Origin: Amoebophrya sp. A120
Lineage: Eukaryota; Protista; Dinoflagellata
Assembly (NCBI GenBank): GCA_905178155.1
Contig: CAJINV010000013.1
Coordinates: 1,388,392 to 1,452,391 of the forward strand
Length of the DNA: 64,000 bases
Reading direction: 5' to 3'
Shown: positions 1-12,000 of the stretch, in pieces
Layout: every line of letters starts with the position of its first letter
Position numbering within the stretch: the first letter of the stretch is position 1
The notes under the pieces: generated by a model
What the model was told of the DNA's origin: nothing
What the model saw: only the letters and a program-made list of their open reading frames with translations
The model's database searches: none
Position numbers and translations under genes: made by a program

Positions 1-3000
1 CGGGAAGCACCGCGATGCATTGGAGTGGTACTACAGCTTTTATGGTTTTATTTGCAGGTCTGTAGTACCTCACATTTTTTTCTCGTGCAGAAAAGAGTCG
101 GATTCATCGCTCCGGCGTCCAATTTGCATCGGAAGCAAGCCGTCCAGTCCGAAAAAAAACCTCCTCCAGGTCCCAACTTTTCTCCCCTACCACCGCGAAG
201 AAGCTTCTTTTCTGAAAGAGGGAGGTACCGCCCGCGAGCGGGAAAGGACGGCCGCACGGATTCGCGATTTCCGCAAGTCCCGCGGGTTGGACTCCCCCAG
301 TACCTCGGAGGACGACGGCGCGGCGTCCGTATCAAATGTAAAAATGTCTGGGTCTGGAAACTTGTAATGCTAAAAATGAATGCTAGACGCACTGCAATAC
401 GCAGCTACGCATGACAATTTTTTTGGCTACCAATGTCTTACGTATTCCGCATGGCAAACTGCGTTTTTGCATGACAGGCGAGGAGCACGCCGGTCAGCAA
501 ACGCGAGCGAGGAGCACGCCGGTAGCAAACAAAAGAACGGCGGAGCAGAAAACAACGCAGGAGAGACAGAGAGGATCGGGAGGCGACGCGAGTCGTCACC
601 AATCTGGAAGCCACCAGCGAAAAAACGAAAACCCGCCCACCTCTCGCAATTCTTCAACGTCGCGGACATGTTCGGACCACTAGGGACGGAACTTGGGGGC
701 AACATCTTCGGCGCAGCTCCACGAGGACAGGGAGAGACAGGAAGCAGCAGCTCCAGCAGCTCCTCACGACCGGCGCAGCCGAACACAGAAAACCCCCCCA
801 AGGCGAAGCAGCCCCCCCCTTAGCGGCAAACCCCCCTTACCCTCCCCCTTGGGCAGACATGCGGCAGTCGGCCAGCAGCACAAAAGGATAGCAGAAAAAG
901 CTACAGGGTCCCAGCGCGGCAGGGGCGCACAAACACACGAACACGGAGCCAGGAAAGCGAGGAGTAGCTCACACTAGAAGAAAAACAAGTCAACTTTTAC
1001 CAGAAAAGCAGCAGACTAGTCGTTTTCTTCTTTTTTTAAAAAAAATAGAAGGCTAAAAAAAAACTACTGCAGGAGTACAGGGAGCCAACAAGGCTCACTC
1101 GCCGGCAGAAGACGCGAAAGCTCACAGGAGAAGAGCAGTCGGGTGGGCTGTTCCGGCGGAGGGACAGAGAGAAAAAAAAGAAAGAGAAAAAATAGGAATG
1201 ACAAGATGGCGCGTAGACTGTACGTCCCCCCCTTTCCACAAACTTGGACCCCAAGTCCTCTTTGCACCGAACGCAACCAAAACGAAGCAGAACGAGAACG
1301 GAGGGAGGATTCGCGCCGGAGTTTTATTTTGCATGAAAACAAAAGAAAAACGGAAGAAGAAACCAAGCCCGCAAAACATATTCAAACCATGTGAGGCCAC
1401 CAGTGCGAAAACTTCTACGGAGTCTGTGCCTAACTTAGCCTGCGACCATGGTTGTGAATAGCCCCGAGGTTTTTCATATCCGGCAGCAGTCCGTCGAACA
1501 GTCCCCGTACCCCCAGAGTAGCCCCCCCAACTACTCGCCCGAGCCAATGATCCCACTCGTGCGTCGCACCAACATAGGATGGGCTCACTTTCTCGCTTCC
1601 AGGGAGTGCGAATTGGTAACTAACCGACATTGTGCCAAGAGGAGGGCCTCCCCGGGACCGCCTGGCGAAAGCCTGCCATGGGTTTCACTGTCCACGGGTG
1701 GTGTTGCGGGTAATCCTGACGAAAGCCAAAAACCGGCAGAAAATGGGGCCACGGAAGCGTTCTTGCTGGACATTGCCAACATTTGCCCATGCAGAGCCGT
1801 CCTCTTGCCGGACACAACCCACATCTGTCCGAAACAGCCTAGGGCCAAGACGACATCGTGAGGACGACCACAGGGGGTTCGTCTCAATGATGATGATGAT
1901 GACAGGCAAGAGGGCTTTTTCGTGCCTATGCAACACAGATTTTCGAGTCATGCCAGACAAGCATGACAAACTTGCATTCTTCCAGACCCAGACACTTTTG
2001 CACAGGATAGTCCGCGGCGGAGTCCGATTTGGCCGAGTTTGAGACCAATCTCGAAACGCGTATCACGCAGATCCGCGGGTGCATCGTGGCCGCGCGGAAT
2101 CTGTACAAGGACATCGTGGTGGGCGATGGAATCTCGATGGCGCCGCGCGTCGGCGACTTGAACCGCGAGGTCCCGGTGCCGCTGGGCATGACGCAGCAGC
2201 GCGCGGAGAAGCTCGCCCGTTCTGCGGAGTCGCGGTCGCGGCGGATGACGGGGTCGCTGTTTTCCAGCGGCCGCGCGGGGAAGACGGGCATGGACCCCTT
2301 CGAGTACATCACGAACCCCAACCCGTACGTGGTGATGCGCGGCATCGACTACGACACGACCGTGTTTGAACTTTGCCGCACGGAGCCGCTGCTGGAGACC
2401 AAAGCGCCGTGCTGGGACTTGGAGTTCAGCGTGACCATCCCGGAGCAACTGTCCAAACTCCGCGGGATCGAGTTCCACGTGTACGACTACAACGACTGGC
2501 TGACGAGTTCCCTCCCTCTCGGGTTGATCCCGTGGGACAAGGGGGACTACTCGCTCGGAAAATGGGTGGTGGATTTGCACTCGTTAAACCACGCACTGTC
2601 CCAGTCGGACGCGGAGCTGCGCGCCATGAAACACATGAACGAGCACAAGGGCCGGCTGATTTACCAGGCGGCGCTGGTCCGGCGGAAGATCCACTGCTTG
2701 AAGCACCGGCTGCACATCCAAACCGAGTACGAGTACCTCCGCCAGCGAATCACCGGTTTGTACGGCCTCCAGAACCTCTACGCCAACGTTTTCCCGAACA
2801 AACCTTTGCCAAAAACCATCACGGAATACGGGTTTGTCGAGCCCGCCACCCGGGAGGCGGTCGAGGACACGATTTTGGAGTGCCACGGGGAGAAGTCGAA
2901 GCGGAGAAGCTTCAAAAAGGGCGACGATGACGAGAACGTGAAGCCGCCGGTGATTGAACTGAACCCGGACATCGAACCGCCACCCGGCGCGCCCGTTCGG

Positions 3001-6000
3001 CATCCGGCGGTGATTCGGTTGCTGGAAAAAAGGGCGATCGAGGCGGAAAAATTGAGGCAGCAGAAGCTGGAGGAGTTAGCGCTTGCCGAAATCCGGATCG
3101 CGCAGATGGAAGCGGAAGAAAAGGAGCGGGCCCGGCAGCGGCAAATGCAGCTGGACGCCATTCAGGAGGAGGAGGAGACGACGCACACGAAAGAGGAGGT
3201 GAGCAGCCTGACGATGACGATGACGCAGCGGGAAGAGGAGGAGGAAGAGGACACCGCGACGTCGCTAACTTTGAAACGGGACCAGTCGAAAATGAACACA
3301 ACGCTGTCCACGTTGGTCAGCTATCAACTGCAAAAATGTCTGGGTCTGGAAGATTGCAACTTGTCATGCTGTTTTTGGACTCGAAAAAAGTTTGTATTGC
3401 ATGACCAGCAAGAGGGGTACAGTTTGTGCTACACGGATAGGGCATTTCTCATGCGAAGGTGCATCAGGAAGCCCTCTAAAAGTCTGCGATGCTAGGTCAT
3501 GCATTACAGGCATCATGGGTCATGAGAAATATGCATGACAAGTCTTGCATTCTTCCAGGCCCAGACATTTTTGCATTTGATATCAGCTCCGGCGGCAGTC
3601 TGGACGGAGTGAAAAATACCGCCGGCGGAGGTCCTGGTGCAAACGTTCCAGCTGCTGCCGCGCCGATCGCGGGGACTAATGGCGTGACCCCACCAGCACC
3701 AGCGGTTTTTATCAAGGAGGGGCAGCACGAAGCCGCCGCGGCTGCCGCGGCGAAGAAGAAGGCGCCGAAGATCCCGCTGGACGAGAAACAGCAGGCGATG
3801 CACGAGCTGAAGAAGTCCTTAACTTTGAACAGCTTGGTGGACCGGGTGAAGAAGGAGCGAAAAGAGACGAAAAAGCGCATCACCGGCGACGTCACCCTGC
3901 CGGCGTTCACGGTCGTTGTGTTCGGGGTGTTCAGCAACGGGGAGGAACGGGAACTGCACCGTTACCCGCTCGTGACGAGTTACAACGCTTTCGGCCTCTG
4001 CCCGGTCGACATGCTGGTGGGGAACAGTACGCTGCTGGGTCCGAACGGCGCCAGCTCGAACAAAATCAAGTACGCCTTGCGGTTGCCGACCACCCGCCCG
4101 CCACCCTCGGAGGTCGAGATGGATCTGGTCGCGACACTGGCGGAAATCCGCGCGAAAAGAAGTCCGGAGTCACCCGCGAACCGGCTGTTTGCAGATCAGC
4201 TGAATCGGTGTCGGCCGGTGGTCGGTGTGAAAGGCATTGCGCCGCTGCAGTCGGGTATGAAAAACGTGACGCAGGGCAGGTCGGTCGGTGCAAACTACGG
4301 GTTCACACCACTCGCCGAGTCCTTCGTGGTTCACGCGCCGGGGTTGAAGGGCACGGACGCGAAGGCGCACAAGGCGAAGATTGAAGCTGCCCGGCAGAAG
4401 ATGCTGGAGGCGAACATAAGCCAGTCGGATCACGTGAAGTCGACGACGAAGTTCAAAAAAGATCCGAGACGGGACGCTATGGCTCTTCTAGAAGATTTAC
4501 GCATTGCAAATATCGATCTCGTCTCTGGCGGTTCTGCCTGGAACAGTAGGTGCTGCTCTTTGTCCTGATGCAGCTTTTGCCTGCTCGCCTGAAAGTTCAA
4601 GTTGTGGAATGCATGGCGTGGTATCTTCACAGGTAGTCTTATGTTGAAAGCCTCTCAAGATCGGCCTATTCCGCATGCTGTCTGCGCGCGGCTACACAAG
4701 CACAGTTTTTGTTGTTCACGCGACCGCACAGATTTTTGTGTTACTGCCGGAGACAGAGCAGCAGCATCAAAAGTTTAATGCCTCTCTATTCATGCAACAG
4801 ACCACCGAGACGCATATTTGCAGTGCATACGATATGAAGAAGCAACGAGGCGGCGTGAAGTCGGAGGAGAAGGAGAAGAGACGGCGAAAAAGGGCAAAGC
4901 ACATCATCACCAGTCCCGGCGGAACTGCGGTTGCCGCCGGTGGAGATCATGGAGAGGGCAATACTAATTCGCCAGATAACAAATCCCCAGGCTCGCCCGG
5001 GACCACCGGCTCCAGCTTCTACACTTCCGACGAAGACAGCCAGAGCCGGGGCGGCCAATCCGGGGCCGGACACTCTACCGATGAGGACAAAGAAGAGCAG
5101 GAGGACGAGGAGGACTACCAAACGCAACTGTTTTCCGACAACATGTTGGAAAGGAAGGTGGAGCAAGCGCTCGGCAAAGTGGACAAGGAACTGCACCCTT
5201 TCGTCCTCCCCCGCTGGACCTACGACTTCAACCGCGACAACCCGTTCGCCCGGCAGAACTCGACGCTGTTGGCGGAGAGAACGTACGCGCGGAAGAACCA
5301 GATGGGCGAGGGCATGGTAGAGGATTTGCTGAACGAATCGCCGATTGACTTACTGTATCTACGGTTCCGCGTGTACGAGCCATCGAGTCAGCTGCGCACG
5401 TACGAGAAAAAAGTGAAGAAAGCCACGGACCGACGGCGCGCGCGGCGGCAGCGGGAGCTGGACGAGTGGCCGCTGTTCGTGGAAAAGATGCCGTACGACT
5501 TGCAGCAGCGCGCTGTAGACAACAAGTCCCAGTTCGTGCACGCCCGTGGTGGTTTCAAGCGGTTGGATGGGTTGTTCGCGAAGGAGGAGGTGAACGCGCT
5601 GGCCGCGGAGCGAAAGCGATTGCAGGAAGAAGCGGACGCCCGGGATTGGAAGGCGCAGTTGCGGATGAACCAGGCGAAGGCGAAGCAGAACGCAAGCAGC
5701 GGGAAATTTGCTGCGAAATGGATCAAAAAAACCGAGCAAGCAGGGGGGTTGGAAGCGCGGCGGAAAAAGAAGAAACTGGAGGAGGTACGAGTGGGGAGAA
5801 AAATTTGGGATTTGTTCCGATCAGTTGCACTTTGATAGCACACTTGCAGTACTTCGGCGTCCTTGTAGAGGAAGCTTATCGAGTGCCGAAGAAGTAGCAG
5901 TAGCTTGTGCTACATCATGTTTTGTTTGCATAGTACCAACAGAACCTGATAAAGTTAAAGAAGATAGCATGTGGGCTTTTCACTTCAGATAGTGAATGAA

Positions 6001-9000
6001 CTGCGTGACCGTGAGAAAAAATCGCAAATCGCAAAGTTTCTTTTCCATACCCCGAAGAAGAGGAGGAGGATGATGAGGACGAGGAGGTCGAGGTTGAAGA
6101 GGCAAAGCCGCCGACGCCCGACGATTCCGATATGGACGCCGCCATTGCCGCCGGCGATTTCCAAGCTGCCGGGAAGCAATCGAGGGAAGTGCGGAAGATG
6201 CTGTTGAAAGCGGAAAACGAGCGACGAAAAGCGGCGGGTCTGAAAGCGAAGAAGTCCCCCGAGCAGGAACGGCTGGAGGCGAAGCTGGCGAGGAGACAGG
6301 CGCGGGAGGAGAAGGAAGACGGGGAACGGAATCGGGAGAAGGAAATTTTAGAGCAATCCGCGAAATTGAACAAGCAGCTGACCACCGAGCGGGACAAGTT
6401 AGGGGACTTGTCCAGTCCAACGTTGACCATGGACGCGCAAATCGCCCTGGACGCCGCGGATTTCTCCTCCAGTGCTTCTTCAGGCGACAATCACGCGCGG
6501 ACGCAGGAGGACGGGCTGTTCACACCGGTGGAAGGCCAGCACTGCACCAGTTTCGTGAAGAAGAGAGGTGCATCTTCTACTGCGTTATCGAGTTCATCAT
6601 CGAGTTGTTCGTCGTCAGCCACTGCAGGAACAACAACCGGGAAGAAAGTTGCGAAAAGCGAGGAAAAAGCGCGGCGTGTTCCAAAACCTTCTTCAGTCGC
6701 GCCCTTCACAGCGTTTCTCAGGAAAGGTCGGTTTGGCGACATGTTTGAAGCATTGTCGAAGAAAACGGGACTCTTTGGTGCTGGTTCTGCTTCCAGTTCA
6801 AGCAGTAGTAGCAACAAGAAGCAGGAAGAAGAACTTCCTGAAGGCAGAAGTACAACCACATCTTCAAAGCCTCCCGCGAAGAAAGGCGCCCGATGTACAT
6901 CGAGTAGCAAAAGTGCCAGCAGTAGTAGCAGCAGCAGCGGAATACAAGTCCACTATTCCGCGGAGGCAAAGAGACGATTCCCTGGTTTGCGGCTCGATAT
7001 CAGACCGAAGAAAAAGAACCCGTCAGAGATGAAATCCCCCGAACAAGAAGAAGAAGAGCCGGAAAAAATAAACCCCCCTGCTAGTGCTAGAGACTACAAG
7101 CAGGAAACGACTAACGTGTCCAACTTTTTGCAAGAAGTCCTGGGCGATTTGATGTCGGAATGTTCCTCCCGCGCACCGTTAGAGCAGAACGAGGAAGAGG
7201 AGATCATTTTGCTGAGCTCGGAAGTGGACAAACCAGAGATTTGGTCCCGGAAAACGGAGAACTTCAAGCCGGCGCATGTTGTCGAGGATCCAAGAGACGG
7301 GTCGAGGATGATGGGCTCTTCTTCATCTAAAAATGGGGGAAGTAGCCGAGAAACTACGAGTTCTTCTTCCTCTTCTAGGCCGACCTTCACTCTGCCAGAC
7401 TCCTTCTCGCAAACGATGGACGCAAAAATTTACGGCGAAAGAGAAGGCGTTCAGGTGTCTGATCGTGACGAAGACTGTGAACAGGCTACAAGCGGCTCTG
7501 ATGAGGAAATGCCAGGGAGCATTGACGAAAAATCCTCGAGTAGTAGTGGTAGTAGTGGCACTTACAGCAATAGAAGAGGGTCCTCGTCTTCATCCCGTCA
7601 AGGACCGCGCCTCGTCCTGGATACCTTTACAAATCCCGCCACGGGCGAGAAAGTTCAACTCCCGCGAATAGACGAAGACGAGGGTGGTGCAGTCGACGCA
7701 GTAGAAATGCGAGACGAGGAGGACAACTACGCCGTCAACGAGCAGTTCTTCGAACAAAAAGATGTCGAAAACGACATTTCTGACGACGACGCGGCACTAT
7801 CGCTTTTCTCCCCTAGTAGAAGTAGAAGAATACAATCCGCTACATCAACTACCCGCCAAGATGAGGGTCTGCACCAGCTTCCCGACGCAGTAGATTCGAG
7901 CACTCCCGGAGGAGGACACAACCAGGACCACACCGAGCAACAGGGGGACGAAGAGGAGGAAGAGGAGTCCGAGCTCGGCGCTTTCAAGGACAGCAAAACG
8001 GCTGCGGAGCGGAAATTGAACGCTAAGTACCCGCAGCAGCCGAAGGACCCCCCGCCCTTTGTGAAGGATCCGGACCTGCCCATGGGGGGGCGGGAGGATA
8101 AGCGGTTGATCAACGCGGGCCGCACGGTGATGATGGACGAGTACGAGCGGGACGAGGATGTGTACCACGACCCGTTCCCTGCCGGTTCGATGGTTCGCGT
8201 CCCTCACGACCCCATGCACCAGCCGGACCGGCACTTGCCGGATGCCATGGTGAAGCAGAGGCAGCTGCTGATGCCGCAAATCGTGGAGGACGTGAAGGAG
8301 CGGGAACGGCGGGACTTGCTGGATTGGCAAAGGAAGCGGTACGCGTACCAAACGAAGACGGGGACAAAAGTAGATTTAATGATCGACCCGAATTTCCGCA
8401 CGACGGGGTTTGCCGCCGAAGATTGGAAGAAGAAGTCCGCGCGGATCTACGGGCCGCCGGAGGGAGATCACGATAAGGACGGGGACAAATGGTTTCGCGA
8501 CCAAATTGTGCAGGAGGACGAGGAGAAATCGCAGCAAATCAACTCCGTCTGGCAGGCGTATCACCCGGATGCGTCGTCCGACGAGGATGCAGAGGTGATG
8601 GACGAATTTCGGTTTGGTTCCGTCGGCCAGTTACTGGCCGAGGGGGTTTACTTTTTGAACTGCGCATCCTTGCACAAACCGGAGACCATCCAGGTCGACC
8701 TGTACCCCTCGCAGGCGATTCTTGACAAGCTGACCGAAGAAGCGACGGAAGCGCTGGGCGGGGTCGCGATCGACCACCCGGGGGGTGTGATGGGCTCGGA
8801 AGGTGGATCTTCGGGTAGCAGAAATCACAGCACGAACTCCCACGGGATCCCCCTCCCGAAGAAAAAGCGCATCCAGATGGCGAAATCGCGGTCGGTCGCT
8901 TTCGGCGGGCAGAAGCCGGTGTCGCGAATCACGCTGAAGGAACGGATCACAAAGGTTTTGAAATTCCCGATCGACTATGGGCGGGAGGGTCGGGAGCGCG

Positions 9001-12000
9001 ACGCGGGTCTGGCGAAAGCGCGGGTGCGGAAGGAGATGGCGGCGGTGGAACAAGTGTTCGGCGCTACACTGCCCGGGGAGTCCGCGCTGCGGGCGTTTAA
9101 GGAGAAGATGGACAAGAAACAGAAATCCTTCGAGGGCCGGGGCGGCACGGAAGCGAAGAAGGAGTTTTTTCCCGTTCGGTGGGCCATGGCCACGATGAAG
9201 AGCACCCGTATGATCCTGTTTTTCCAGTTGGAAGTCACGGGGAAGCGATACGTGCTGGACGACGACATCCGCCGGTACGTCCGGTCCCGGGATTTCAAGA
9301 AGAAGGTGGAGCAGACGAACCGGCTCCGCCGCATGAAGAAATTGAAGGAGTCCGGGCCCACCGCGCCGAAACAGGAGGGCGCGGACGAGAAGCCAGAGGA
9401 GGAGGAGAAGGGGAATCTGGACAAGCAGGCCGGCGAGGAGGAGGAGATGGAGCCGGAAGAGGAGTACAAGCCGGTCACGGAGATCAACCACATTTACGGG
9501 ATGATTGTGAAGGCGGGGAACGTGCAGACCGACGCCCGCGGGTTGATGGACCCCGCGGACGTGCACGAGTGGTACGAATCGCAGAAGAAAAACATTCTGG
9601 AAGTGACGAACAAGGAGAAGGCCAAACCGGTCCCGGTGAGCAAAATCAACGCCGAGATTCACGAAAAGATGCATCGACGGAGAAAGCTGTGGATAGGCCT
9701 TGGGGACAACCTGTTCCGCAAGCACAAGTCGTTTTTCCGCCGGAACCGCAAGTCGACGACCGTGTCGGCCACCGGCGTGGAGCAAGTGAGGGAGTACCCG
9801 GCGCCGCCACCCGTCACGAGAAAATTGCAACAAGCGCATCTGTACGTCGTCGCGACGGTGCTGGATGAGCAGAACCGGCCGTGGAAGAAATCGGTAATAA
9901 CCAGGATAAACCAAAGCTGCCCGGCGAATGCGCTGGGGCAGATGCCGATTTTCAACTCCGATTTTCTCTTCTCCTTCGGGGGCGAGGAAAGGGGCGACTT
10001 CGGGCTTCCGGAAAAGTTGGAATTCACGCTGTACCAGCGCGCGGACCTGCGGCTGAACCCGGAAGAGCTGGAGGCGGAACATCAGCGCAAGATGGAAGCG
10101 GGGGAGTTCGACCGGTCGTCGTTTTTACTTGACGGGGCGGGGGACTCGACGGAGGTAGGAGACGGCTCGTTTTTAGCCGGCGGCCCGTCGCAAGACACGG
10201 CGGATAACACGAACGGCGGCGACAGCCAGGATCTGCTTCTTCAAAAGTCGCAGCAACTCACGGAGGGTGCGCACAGCTCGCCCAGGAGTTTGCAGAGAAA
10301 GCGACCGGCCGCGGACAGTCGCTCGGACGCAGGGAGCAGTGGAACGGGGAGGAGTAGTGAGAGAAGCAGCCCGAGCAAGAGACAGAGAATTGCAGCCGGC
10401 GGTCCTGCGGTTGTTGATCAGAGCGTCACCTTGACAACCACTTCCACCCAGCAGACGAAGCGAGAGACGTCGAAAGCGATTGAATTCACCGGATCGATGT
10501 CCAAATCATCCTCCTCCAACAAGTTTTTGACCAACCGACAGCAGCGGGAGCAGGACGAGCGCCGCCGCACCGAGGGATCCGGCGCGGGCGTCTTGGGCAG
10601 GCGGCAAACGAACCACCGAGCGAAGAATCTGCAGCACTTGGCGGACCACAATGTTTTTGGGAAAACCAGGAGGAGCAGAAGGCCGCGGGAAATGTCGGAA
10701 AAATTCTGGAACAGCAAGTACGGGAGTAAGCTAGTCGCGCACGTAAACACGCTGTCGAAATCGGTCGCGTTTTCCTCGAACACCGGCGCAAACAATAACA
10801 AGCAAGACGCGCAGTTCTTCAGCACCTTGCTTCCCGGGGGACCCGGGCTGAATGACCAATCGAACAGTAATTTTCTGAACGATAACTCCACGGTTTTGAG
10901 CTCGATGTTCCGTTCGAAGGACCGGGTGAAGCCTTACGGGTTGGGGGTTCAGGAGCTGAACCAGGAACAAAAGGAGCCGTCGATTATCACGCTGGATCGG
11001 GTGGACGAGAACCACAGCTTCGAAGATTTTCCTTCAAAAATTTTCTCGGAAGCAGCGGCGTCCGAGCCGGTGCCGGTAATGCAACCGGGCGACATCGGCG
11101 GCGTTGGTATGTTCATTCGGGAGCAGCAAGGCGGGAGTTCCAGCAGCACCGCAAGTGGTCGCGGGGAAAGAAGAAGCGGGAGCGGCGGGAGTAATAGCAT
11201 CAGACCGGTGGAGGACGACGTCAATAAGAAGCAGTCGTGGTATTTTCCGGCCGGAAAATCGCCTTCGCCACCCAAAAGCTCCGCGAAGAAGAAGAAAAGT
11301 AAAAAAGGGACAAAAAAACAAAAAGGAACCAAATCCGGCTCGGACAGCAGCCCTGGGAAATTGAATCAAGACGGAGGAGGTGGGACAAGAAACACCACTA
11401 GTAACAACAAAACTGGTAAAAGTAGTAGCAGTCCCCAAAAGCACGGCTATGACGACGAAGACACGCCCTCGAAGCAGGGCACGCAGACGTCGTTCGAGCG
11501 GTCGCTCCGGAGTTGGCACAAACGCGTGCAGAAGTCGCAGCAGTTGGACAAGTACCGAGTAGATGCGGACGAGATGGCGGACGACGAACTGGAGCAGATG
11601 TCCGCGATGCTGAAGGCCGACCGGGAGGACAGGGAACGAGAACAACACTCCAACTCCCTGGTCGCCCCGGATTCGACCGGTTCCACGTGGCGCATTTCCA
11701 CCGCGGGCGGCGGAGTGCACACCAACACGCGGTCGAGCGTGATCGGCACGCCGGGCGTCCCGCCGGAGTTGAGTGAAGAGTCCAGCAGCAATGCCGACAT
11801 GTACAGCCGGGGGGATGAATTGTCGCGGCCGGCAAGCTCAAGGAACGGAGATAGGGAAGTAGACCAACACGATGGGGGCTACGGAAGTAGAACAAGAAAT
11901 GACCGAAATTATTTCCAAGAAGTCGCCGCGTCAGAAACCGTGTCCTTCATTTCCAGCAGCCACGCGCAGAACGCGAACACGAGGGAATCTACCCCGGCAC

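Noticed and set aside
8631-10082. Long antisense ORFs (483 aa here; also 27515-28258 and 60009-61124)
   Set aside because: They are shadows of GC3-rich real genes on the opposite strand.
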